This document shows, piece by piece, positions 15,953 to 23,862 of a stretch of DNA of 64,000 nucleotides. How positions within the stretch are numbered: the stretch's first letter is position 1; every line of letters begins with the position of its first letter. The DNA is from an uncultured Chloroflexia bacterium (lineage in GTDB: Bacteria > Chloroflexota > Limnocylindria > QHBO01), in contig CAWBBG010000015.1 in NCBI GenBank assembly GCA_963787025.1, forward strand, positions 32,990 to 96,989. Reading direction: 5' to 3'. The notes below the pieces were generated by a model. That model did not search any database and had not been told where the DNA came from. It was given only the letters and a program-made list of their open reading frames with translations. Made by a program: the position numbers and the translations under genes.

Positions 15953-16738
15953 TCAAGCTAGCCGTCGCCGGGACACAGCCAGCGCGCCCATGAATACCGC
16001 GACCGCGGCCGCACCAAGCACCGCCGGCAGAGGAAAGCCTCCGTGCGGAGACACCTCGGGCGTTGGGCCAGCCCCAGCGAGTCCGGCGTCACGATCGCCC
16101 ATCGCCCAAGCCGCTGCGAGTCGACTCAGCCGCGTCCTGAGCGCCGAGGTGTATTCCCCGACGGGAACCGGACGATCAGGAAGCTCAAGTGCCGCGCGAA
16201 ACGCCTCGTCCGCAACAGGCATCGCAACCGAGACACCTCTCGCCGAGCCCAGCACAATCGTGGCGTCCTCCGGGATGTAGACGATCCTGGCATCGGGATC
16301 GCCGACCTCGTTCAACGCATCTGACAGCAGCTGCGCCGGTATCTGGTTCAGGGCGACTGCCTCCGGTCGATTCACAGTGGAGGGCCACTGGACCGTCACG
16401 ACGATCTTGGGGGCGGAATCGATGCCAAGGATCACCCACCACAGGTCAGTGGTGACCGTGGCCATGTCGACGGTTCGACCATCTTCCTCCTGTCGGAATT
16501 GGGAGTCGAGTGCATGCAGAGGCAGGATGGTCACGGGTCGCAGCAACGGGAGGTCTTCAGCAGTGACCCCAAGGCGGTCGCCCTCGGCGGGATCCGCCTG
16601 AAGCAATGCGTCAAATCCTTGGGCGTAGGCCACGGCGACCTTGCCGATCTCATTCGTTCGATCGTCGCCGCCGGCACCCATAAGAAACGGCAGCACCAGC
16701 AGCGCCACAACGGCTGGCGTCGAGAATCGCGCACTCAT
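15953..16738 (-). CDS. hypothetical membrane-anchored protein (N- and C-terminal TM segments)
   Basis: Start at the internal ATG 16738, giving an ATGA overlap with the upstream peptidase gene stop. TM segments VVALLVLPFLMGA and AVLGAAAVAVFMGALAV. Confidence 0.5.
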   Translation of the reverse strand: MSARFSTPAVVALLVLPFLMGAGGDDRTNEIGKVAVAYAQGFDALLQADPAEGDRLGVTAEDLPLLRPVTILPLHALDSQFRQEEDGRTVDMATVTTDLWWVILGIDSAPKIVVTVQWPSTVNRPEAVALNQIPAQLLSDALNEVGDPDARIVYIPEDATIVLGSARGVSVAMPVADEAFRAALELPDRPVPVGEYTSALRTRLSRLAAAWAMGDRDAGLAGAGPTPEVSPHGGFPLPAVLGAAAVAVFMGALAVSRRRLA

Positions 16739-17349
16739 TGGTGAATCTTCCAGAGGGTGTTGGTCCACGTGAACGTTGAGTTGTTCTTGAAGTAGCTCCA
16801 CGAGTACCACACGTACGTTGCCGGGTTGGGCCAGGGATCCATCACCGAGAACTGGTCGGTGCCGCCATCGTGCCAGTAGTAGCCGCGGCCGACGAAGATA
16901 TGGCCACCTCCAGAACTCCAGCCGACCCGAATCAAGAATGGTCGACGCTGAGTCCCGATCTCACCGGTCGTCTGTGACCAACTCAGAGACCACCACTCGT
17001 GGGTCGAATCGATGGCCTTCTTGGCGTGGAGGTAGTTTCCGACGTCGGCCAGCGCCGACGGTTGGTTGCAGTTGCCAGAGCTCGGGTACTGGCAGCAGTC
17101 GGATCGGTTGAACCGATCGTTGGCCTGCTGACATTGCGTGTATGTGATGCCGAACAGGTACTGCACGACAGACTGCGTCGAAGCTGCCCAGCACCACTGG
17201 TTCTGGGTCTGGTGGACCAGCGGGACCGACAGCGAAACGCCGCCCGACGCGGCGTTTGCGGGCAGCGCCGTCACCTGCGACATGGACGCAGCGAGCAGGA
17301 ACGCCGCCGCCGCCGCCGCGCTCCTTCGCAGCCAAGAACGCTCGACCAT
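16735..17349 (-). CDS. secreted papain-like cysteine peptidase (C39/C70-like fold)
   Basis: Signal-like AAAAAFLLAASMSQVTALPANA. Q-x5-C arrangement HQTQNQWCWAAS and downstream GGGHIFVGRGYYW (candidate catalytic His). Confidence 0.6.
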   Translation of the reverse strand: MVERSWLRRSAAAAAAFLLAASMSQVTALPANAASGGVSLSVPLVHQTQNQWCWAASTQSVVQYLFGITYTQCQQANDRFNRSDCCQYPSSGNCNQPSALADVGNYLHAKKAIDSTHEWWSLSWSQTTGEIGTQRRPFLIRVGWSSGGGHIFVGRGYYWHDGGTDQFSVMDPWPNPATYVWYSWSYFKNNSTFTWTNTLWKIHQ

Positions 17350-17559
17350 TGAAGATCTCCCCCGCACCTGACGGCCTGCGGCTGGCATGAGCCGGTCAAG
17401 TAGGCGTCGTCGACACGGTCGCTTCAGGGACTGATTGGATCAAGAGCCATTCGGCCCATTCGCCCTGGCCTTCGTCGGCGGTCTCGAGCAACGGGCCCTC
17501 GATCGCCCAGTTAGTCACGGCGCGCCCGCTGGTCGGCGCTTCCAGACCGGACAACGCGC

Positions 17560-18900
17560 AGTGCGTGAACAACGGCTTGCCACATCAGGCCGCCGACACC
17601 TGTGCCGACTGCGGCACGTACACGCCGTCGACGAAGCGGGCGCCGCCGAGCAGCAGGGTCATGACCGTCAGCCCGCCGTTCAAGGGTCGCCAGGAGTGCT
17701 CGAGGCGCTGGGCGACCTTGAACACCAGGTAGAGGGCGTTCTCGCGGCGGCGCATGCGCTTGGCGACGTCGGTCCGGAGGCGCACCCCGGCGAACACCGA
17801 CTCGATCGGGTTGCTGGTGCGCAGGTGGATCCAGTGCTCGGCCGGAAAGTCGTAGAAGGTCACGAAGTCGTCCCAGTCGCGCAGCACCGTCTCGGCCGCG
17901 CTCGTCTGGCCGTGGGCCTCCAGCCAGCGCACGAGGGCGTCGCGACGCAGCTCGCACTCGGCGCGGCTCTCCGAGCTCCACGCCTCACGCAGCCGGCGCC
18001 GGGTCTCGGGCCACAGTCGTTTTGGGACCTTATCCAGCACGTTGAGAACGCGATGGTTCCAGCAGCGCTGGTGGCGGGTGGTCGGGAAGACTTCGTCGAG
18101 GGCGGCCCACAGCCCGAGCGCTCCGTCGCCGCAGGCGAGCAGCGGTGCGGCCAGGCCGCGATCCCGGAGGTCGCGCAGCACGCCGGCCCAACTGGCGGCG
18201 CTCTCGCGGTAGCCGAGCGGGCGCACGCGCCAGGCGGCGTATTCAGTCGCCCACTCGTCCTTGAGGCGCAGGATGGTCGAGCCTGACAGCGGTGCAGACT
18301 CGCCGAGCAGCTCGCGGAAGGCGGGCTCGAAGTCGCCGGAACTCAACCCCTCGAGGTAGAGCCGCGCGAAGAGTCGTTGGGTCTCGGCCGAGAGCATGCG
18401 GCGCCGCGGCAGGATCGAGCTGTGGAACGACTCCCCGTCCTCGGGCAGGTCGCGCACCCGCGGTGCGCGCACCTCAACCGGCCAAGTCCCGATCGCCACC
18501 GCTCGCGGGCGACCGTACCCATTGCGGTAGCCGTGCTCGGCGAGCAGGCGGCGCTGGTAGCGAGATCGGCCGAGGAACTCGTCGACCTCGGCGGCGAGTG
18601 CCCGTTCGAGCATGCGCCGTGCGCCCTCCCGGGCCAGCTCCTCGATGGTCGTGTTGACGACCGCGGCTGGCTGCTCGTCTGGATGCGTCGGCTCGGGCTC
18701 CTCGGACGGCTTTGATGTAGTCGCCGGCGCGATCGCGTGCTCGCCCATCTGCTGGTCCGGCGGCTGAGACGGCGCGAACGAGGTCAGGGCATGGTACGTT
18801 TCCATCGCGGCGTGCTCCTTCTGTAGCCTGAAGACCTTCGGAGGGTACGCCGCTTTCTCATGCCCGCGAGAGGACGAGGAGCGCAGCGGCGTTTACACAC
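17560..18900 (-). mobile_element. IS256-family insertion sequence (ends not confidently defined)
   Basis: The transposase gene fills the element. Only weak terminal similarity was seen around the GTGTGTAA/GTGCGTGAA motifs. Confidence 0.5.
17585..18805 (-). CDS. IS256-family (mutator-type) transposase with an apparent in-frame internal deletion of the first catalytic Asp region
   Basis: Family motifs ELAREGARRML, YRNGY, CGDGALGLWAAL, HQRCWNHRVLNVL, HLRTSNPIES. The segment normally between ..EYAAW.. and ..YRESxxSW.. is missing (YAAWRVRPLGYRESAASW). Confidence 0.8.
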   Translation of the reverse strand: METYHALTSFAPSQPPDQQMGEHAIAPATTSKPSEEPEPTHPDEQPAAVVNTTIEELAREGARRMLERALAAEVDEFLGRSRYQRRLLAEHGYRNGYGRPRAVAIGTWPVEVRAPRVRDLPEDGESFHSSILPRRRMLSAETQRLFARLYLEGLSSGDFEPAFRELLGESAPLSGSTILRLKDEWATEYAAWRVRPLGYRESAASWAGVLRDLRDRGLAAPLLACGDGALGLWAALDEVFPTTRHQRCWNHRVLNVLDKVPKRLWPETRRRLREAWSSESRAECELRRDALVRWLEAHGQTSAAETVLRDWDDFVTFYDFPAEHWIHLRTSNPIESVFAGVRLRTDVAKRMRRRENALYLVFKVAQRLEHSWRPLNGGLTVMTLLLGGARFVDGVYVPQSAQVSAA

Positions 18901-18933
18901 GCCGTGACGTTAGCTCTCCTCCTGCGCCACTTC

Positions 18934-18955
18934 AGACGTACACCTAGACGTACAC
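18934..18955 (+). promoter_or_regulatory. tandem direct repeat AGACGTACAC-CT-AGACGTACAC upstream of the 18999 ORF (candidate operator)
   Basis: Read directly. A homologous block lies at about 12338-12365 in unit 4. Confidence 0.35.
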
Positions 18956-18998
18956 ACATTCCCTTGTTTCGCCCCGGCACCCTCGATACGTTGTTCGC

Positions 18999-19319
18999 AT
19001 GCCGATACGCGTTACTCCGGCCCGTCTTCGCGATGAGCTGACCGAACTCTGTGTGCGTGCGTCCGCTGGCGAGCAGCTTGTCGCGGCGGGCGTCCACCAG
19101 GCGCCGGTCCTCATCCGCCCGGTAAGGCGGCGAGACCAGGGTGCGCGAACGAGCCTCACCGTCTTCCGGCGGCAGCTGCATCGCATCCTGCGCCAGGCTG
19201 CCCAGGAGCCGGTCATCGTCACTGGGGGCGGTGATCCTGTGCTGTGGCTGGGTCCGACGGTCGTCCCGGCTGACTTCGGTACGGGGTCGGGGGCTGGGCA
19301 CCGTCGCAGGAGGCGGTGA
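18999..19319 (+). CDS. hypothetical protein, possibly a Phd/YefM-like or Xis-like small DNA-binding protein
   Basis: MPIRVTPARLRDELTELCVRASAGEQLV..APVLIRP loosely fits the Phd/YefM N-terminal pattern. A competing antisense ORF exists (18858..19361). Confidence 0.3.
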   Translation: MPIRVTPARLRDELTELCVRASAGEQLVAAGVHQAPVLIRPVRRRDQGARTSLTVFRRQLHRILRQAAQEPVIVTGGGDPVLWLGPTVVPADFGTGSGAGHRRRRR

Positions 19320-19603
19320 TGGGACGGCGCGGGAGCGGCTCCAGCCGATCGGAGCGGGCACTGCGAGGCCGCATGGGTGCCCACCTACTGCATGCCACCC
19401 ACGATTCCCGGCGCTTGACCGAGAAGGCTCGCGCTTCGTTCATGGCGAGCTTCGAGCGGCAGGTCGATCCGGATGGCAGCTTGCCGGCTGACGAACGTCG
19501 GCGGCGGGCGGCCCATGCCCGGGCGGCCTACTTCGCCAGGCTCGCACGGCGCAGCGTGCTGGCGCGTGGGCGGCGCAAACGTCGTCGTCGCGGCAGGGGA
19601 TGA
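19316..19603 (+). CDS. hypothetical basic protein (Arg-rich C-terminus)
   Basis: Start/stop overlaps with both neighbours (GTGATG at 19316, ATGA at 19600). ..RRRRAAHARAAYFARLARRSVLARGRRKRRRRG. Confidence 0.4.
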   Translation: MMGRRGSGSSRSERALRGRMGAHLLHATHDSRRLTEKARASFMASFERQVDPDGSLPADERRRRAAHARAAYFARLARRSVLARGRRKRRRRGRG

Positions 19604-20559
19604 GCGTCACAGCTCGCCATGGCGGTTCCCGCCGTCCGAGGGCGATGGGTCCGCCAGGCATGCTGGCCTGGACGGCGTTGCCCGTCCGTGATCAGCGGCT
19701 GATCACCTGGCTGTGGGCCGGCGACGTGGTCAATGCCGAGCTGGCCGCCGTCCTCGCCTACGGCAACCTGCGCGTCGCCCAGCGCCGACTGGCGCGCCTG
19801 GTCGAGTACGGCATCCTGCGCGGCTTCTGGGCGGCGAACCGCCAGCGTCCCCGCGGCCGCTACGCCTACGCCCTGACCAAGGCGGCCCGCAAGGACGTCG
19901 AGTACCTGCTCTGGGAGCACCACCCTCCGGAGCCAGTAACCGGCCAGCTCCAGGCGCCCTCGCCGGTCATTCATCAGCTGGCCACCCATGATCTGCTGGC
20001 CGCCTTCCTGCGCGCCTCACCGCTGACCGAGGAGATCGGGCTGGCGGGCTGGGTGCCCGAACACGCCGCGGCCCTGCGCTACGACGGTGCGCTGCGGCCG
20101 GATGCCATCGCCATCGTCCGCCGCGGCGAGGTCGGCACCCTGCTGATCATCGAGCGCGACCTGGGCAGCGAACGCCACGAGATCCTGCTCGATAAGCTGC
20201 GCCGCTACAACTTCATCCACGTCCATCCGGCCGGCAGCAACCTGGGCTTCATCCTCGACAGCCGGCGCCGCGCCGTCGCGTTGCTCGTCTCGCTGCGCGC
20301 CGCTGCCCAGCGCAGCCCTGCGTGGTACGGGGAGTCCCACATCCCGTGCTGGGTGGCGGTCGGCGCTGACCTGCTGGACGACCCGTTCGGCACCCCCTGG
20401 CGCTCGCCGGATGGAGAAGAGGCGAGCGTGCTCACCATGCCGACCATCGCCGTGCCCGGCCCGCTGCCGGTCCTTTCGGTTCCGCCCTTGCTCGATGACG
20501 GCGCCGAGGGCGCCTTCGACGATCGGGCCCTGAGCGCCGCTGGCTGGCGCGGCCGCTAG
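19600..20559 (+). CDS. replication-relaxation family protein
   Basis: N-terminal wHTH-like LRVAQRRLARLVEYGILRGF. HQLATHDLLAAF..LRPDAIAIV..LIIERDLGSE is typical of the family. Confidence 0.65.
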   Translation: MSVTARHGGSRRPRAMGPPGMLAWTALPVRDQRLITWLWAGDVVNAELAAVLAYGNLRVAQRRLARLVEYGILRGFWAANRQRPRGRYAYALTKAARKDVEYLLWEHHPPEPVTGQLQAPSPVIHQLATHDLLAAFLRASPLTEEIGLAGWVPEHAAALRYDGALRPDAIAIVRRGEVGTLLIIERDLGSERHEILLDKLRRYNFIHVHPAGSNLGFILDSRRRAVALLVSLRAAAQRSPAWYGESHIPCWVAVGADLLDDPFGTPWRSPDGEEASVLTMPTIAVPGPLPVLSVPPLLDDGAEGAFDDRALSAAGWRGR

Positions 20560-20903
20560 CGAGTCCATCCTCGTCCTTACCCTGAACCCACTGGGAAGCC
20601 TGCGCCCGCTCGCACGCCTAGAAGCCCTGTCGCGCTCCGGAACGTGTCCCCGTCATGTCCGTGTGCGAGAGCCGCGACCGTGGCTCGCACAGGGGCGCGT
20701 CAATCTGGCGTGCTCAACCGCCCGCTTGCTGAACCCCGACATCTCTATAGATATGCGCCTGTGCGGTCAAGGAGGGCGCGTGAAAGCGCATGGCTTCCGC
20801 GCAGGCGGCCAGGATGTCGGCTGCCCTGTGCGTACCCGAGCGGACCATGCAGGCCGAAGCCAGCAGCCGGACGAAGGCGGTGTCACCTTGGTCCTCGCCC
20901 TAG

Positions 20904-21937
20904 TTGTCGTTCCCGCTCACGTTGTTGACAAGTTGAGAGCCCTCGTGCTCGGTATGGGGTTGTCGAAGCTCCATTCCGACGGAGGGCTCTCATGCTCCAT
21001 CGTACGGCCAAGCTGACGCCGTTCGGCCGACGGCTCCTGGTCGATCGGGTCCTGCTCGAGGGCTGGCCGGCCGCGACCGCCGCCGAGCAGCTCGGGGTCA
21101 GCCGGGCGACCGCGTACAAGTGGCTGCGGCGGTACCGAGCCGAGGGCGACGCCGGTCTCGAGGACCGCTCCGCGCGCCCGCTCCACCGGCCTCGGGCGTT
21201 GCCCGAGCGCGAGGTCCGCCGGATCCTGGTCGCCCGGAGACGGCTGCGGGTCGGGCCCCACCGTCTCGGTCCGCTCCTCGGCCATTCCCGCTCGACGGTG
21301 TACGGCGTCCTCCGCCGCCACGGCGTGAGCCGCCTGGCGCATGCCGATCGGCTGACCGGCGTCCCGGTCCGCTACGTCCGGGAGCGTCCCGGCGAGCTGA
21401 TCCACGTCGACGTCAAGCGGCTCGGGCGGGTGCCGCCCGGCGGCGGCCACCGGATGCTCGGCGAGGACGCCCGCAAGCACGTCGGGGCGGGATACGACTA
21501 CCTCCACGTCGCGATCGACGACGCGACCCGGGTGGCGTACGTCGCGGTGCGGCCGGATGAGCAGGCCGCGAGCACGGTCAGCTTCATCGAGGAGGCCGTC
21601 GCGTTCTTCGCCGGGCAGGGCGTCCGGGTCGAGCGGGTGATGACCGACAACGCCTGGACGTACACCCACTCAACCCGCCTCGCCGCCCTGTTCGCCGATC
21701 TCGGCATCCGCCATGTCCGGACCCGGCCCCGGCGTCCCCAGACCAACGGCAAGGCCGAGCGCTTCATCGGGACGATCCAGCGGGAGTGGGCGTACGCCCG
21801 CCTGTTCCGCTCGAACGACGAGCGCCTGGCGACCCTGCCCGGCTGGGTCGACGCCTACAATCGCAGGCGTCCCCACGCCGGGCTCGACGGCCGGACGCCG
21901 CTATCGGTCCTCGTCAACAAGGTCGACGAGAACGACA
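20904..21937 (+). mobile_element. IS481-family insertion sequence with imperfect ~30-bp terminal inverted repeats and a 6-bp target duplication CCTAGT
   Basis: Left end TGTCGTTCCCGCTCACGTTGTTGAC. Reverse complement of the right end TGTCGTTCTCGTCGACCTTGTTGAC. CCTAGT at 20898-20903 and at 21938-21943. Confidence 0.85.
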
Positions 21938-21942
21938 CCTAG
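20992..21942 (+). CDS. IS481-family DDE transposase
   Basis: HTH SRATAYKWLRRY. DDE region IHVDVK..MTDNAW..PQTNGKAERF. The stop codon TAG lies in the duplicated target. Confidence 0.9.
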   Translation: MLHRTAKLTPFGRRLLVDRVLLEGWPAATAAEQLGVSRATAYKWLRRYRAEGDAGLEDRSARPLHRPRALPEREVRRILVARRRLRVGPHRLGPLLGHSRSTVYGVLRRHGVSRLAHADRLTGVPVRYVRERPGELIHVDVKRLGRVPPGGGHRMLGEDARKHVGAGYDYLHVAIDDATRVAYVAVRPDEQAASTVSFIEEAVAFFAGQGVRVERVMTDNAWTYTHSTRLAALFADLGIRHVRTRPRRPQTNGKAERFIGTIQREWAYARLFRSNDERLATLPGWVDAYNRRRPHAGLDGRTPLSVLVNKVDENDT

Positions 21943-22412
21943 TGCCGGAGCAGGCCGGCACCTGCCGCCCTAGCTTTTCGACGAGGCGCAGCACCGACGA
22001 CGGCTCGTCGGGGATGGGCGGCAGGCGTCTGGGCGACGTCCGGAACTCGCGGATCTCGTCCTCCTTACCAGGCAGCGGATTCTCTGTTGGTGCTCCGGCG
22101 CGTTGTCGCCAGGGGGCTATCCGGACCTTGCCGTGGTGGGCCTGCTTGCGAGCCCCTTGTCGCCGCCGGCGTCAACGAGGCGCCGCGATCGTCATGTGCC
22201 AAGTGTGGCCTCGTGATCGAGGTGCGCGAACGGGCCCCGCCATCTTGCACGCGGCCCGACAGGCTCTCCTCGTAGAGGCGGGCGTCCTTCGTTCCCCGAG
22301 TGTTTATTACCCCGGTCGAGAGCATGCATGACGCGGGGGTCGTCCCCGACGCCCACCAGCCAACTGCAAGTCTCATCGGCGTGGATGAAATCCATTCGGC
22401 CAGCCGATGAAG

Positions 22413-22437
22413 GGCAGCCCGCCGACGGCGGGCTGCC
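22413..22437 (-). terminator. strong GC hairpin GGCAGCCCGCC-GAC-GGCGGGCTGCC about 40 nt downstream of the 22480 stop
   Basis: 11-bp perfect stem read directly. Weak T-rich tail only. Confidence 0.5.
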
Positions 22438-22479
22438 TTCTGCCGGGCATGAGTGGTGCGACGCCTTGCCGAGCGGGGC

Positions 22480-22812
22480 CTACGCGGTCGATGACCTCCG
22501 TCGCATGTTTGCCGCTGTGCTCGCGAGACCTGCCACGAGCAGGACTGCGGCACCGACCAGCCATCCGCCGAGATACGGCTCGCTACACGTGCTACACGCG
22601 GGCGGATGGATGGCGAGGAGAATGAGGCTGAGGCCGCCTATCCCCGTCAAGAGGCCCGTTCCAATGACCACGCGGTGGCGCGATACGAGCACGCCCACCA
22701 CGACTACGCCCGCCACTGCCACTCCGAGAACTCCAACTAAGAAGAAGAGCAAAGCAGCCGACGCTCCGAGGAGCGCTCCCAGTGTCCAGAATCCTGAGCG
22801 CGAGATAGTCAT
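22480..22812 (-). CDS. small hydrophobic membrane protein (about 4 TM)
   Basis: ATG 22812 overlaps the TGA of the upstream gene (ATGA). GFWTLGALLGASAALLFFLVGVLGVAVAGVVVVGVLV.. Confidence 0.55.
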   Translation of the reverse strand: MTISRSGFWTLGALLGASAALLFFLVGVLGVAVAGVVVVGVLVSRHRVVIGTGLLTGIGGLSLILLAIHPPACSTCSEPYLGGWLVGAAVLLVAGLASTAANMRRRSSTA

Positions 22813-23579
22813 GGCGACCATGTTCCATACGTCCTGTGTTCCCAGACGGGAGCACAACTGTCCACCGTGTTCGAGTCATAGCTCAGGGTCACGGTCCCAT
22901 TGCCCCGCCCGTATACGCGGTTGTAGTAATAGTACGTCCACGTCGTGGTCGGCCAGCAGAACAGGCTGTTCTTGAAGGTCGCAGTTGTGTTGCCGTAGTA
23001 GTAGGTACAGCTGAGCGAGTGGTAGATGTTGTGCGCCTCAAGCGACCAGCCCGATAGGCCGAAGTACTCAACTAGCTGCTGAGTCGAGCCGCTCAGCGCA
23101 CAGCTGCCGTCCCATTCCCAGGTAATGCGGGTGGTGTCGCCGTTCAGGGTCTTTCCAATAACGTCTTCCCACCAGTTCTTCTGATAGTACCGACTTGTAT
23201 GCGAGATCGAGTCCGGAGCGGCTGACCCGAGAGCGTCGAGGCTAAAGGTTGCGAGAGTAAGCTCTTGGGGGGAGGTGTCTGGTTGAGACGGCACGCCCTC
23301 CTCAACGAGCTTCTTGCAGTGGAGTTGGTCTATCGCAACGTCGCGAACCTCCCACCCGTCAGAAGATGGCCCGAGAGACACGTCCGTTGCATGGAAATGA
23401 CATCCATTCGGAATGCGCTCGCCGAGGACCCAGGAAAGCCGGCTGTTCTCCAGCGGCGCACGCGACCCTTGGAACCACACCAATGAATCGGCTGCACCGT
23501 TCACAGGTGCAGCCTGCGCTATGGACACCCCTCCGAGAAGTAGTGCGAACGCGAAGATACGCAGTCTCCGAATCATCAT
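22809..23579 (-). CDS. secreted hypothetical protein, Tyr/Trp/Cys-rich, no recognised domain
   Basis: GGGAGGGAG RBS before ATGATG. Signal MMIRRLRIFAFALLLGGVSIAQA. C-terminal part CTYYYGNTTATFKNSLFCWPTTTWTYYYYNRVYG. Codon usage less GC-biased than the flanks. Confidence 0.65.
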   Translation of the reverse strand: MMIRRLRIFAFALLLGGVSIAQAAPVNGAADSLVWFQGSRAPLENSRLSWVLGERIPNGCHFHATDVSLGPSSDGWEVRDVAIDQLHCKKLVEEGVPSQPDTSPQELTLATFSLDALGSAAPDSISHTSRYYQKNWWEDVIGKTLNGDTTRITWEWDGSCALSGSTQQLVEYFGLSGWSLEAHNIYHSLSCTYYYGNTTATFKNSLFCWPTTTWTYYYYNRVYGRGNGTVTLSYDSNTVDSCAPVWEHRTYGTWSP

Positions 23580-23862
23580 GCGACTCCCTCCCTGTTGCCC
23601 GCACCCGAGTTGTCCGGCGCACCCAGCTGTCAGTGACTCGGCTCCCTGCCGCGAGGCAGATGCCTCGGTACGGGCATCTACCGGTAACCCTGAGATGGCA
23701 AGAGCCAGACTGTCAAGAGTCGTTTGACCTCGCGGGCGAGACTGACCCGGCGCAGGAGCTGCCGGGCAGATCGACCACCGTCTGTCAGGGGCGGCTGCGC
23801 GCCGCCGAAGGCCAGCCGTGCGGGTAACGATCATCCGAAGGCCGATTGCGCCCGACTTCGGG

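Noticed and set aside
17553-17585. Terminal inverted repeats of the IS256 copy
   Set aside because: The candidate ends (GTGCGTGAACAACGGC compared with the reverse complement GTGTGTAAACGCCGC near 18895) match at only about 60 percent of positions by eye. No target duplication was identified, so the boundaries are left approximate.
18858-19361. 167-aa minus-strand ORF overlapping the 18999-19319 plus-strand ORF
   Set aside because: It is not clearly worse than the plus-strand ORF in codon bias. However, the plus-strand ORF is preceded by the conserved regulatory block and is translationally coupled to the next two plus-strand genes. This was kept as an open question in the findings.
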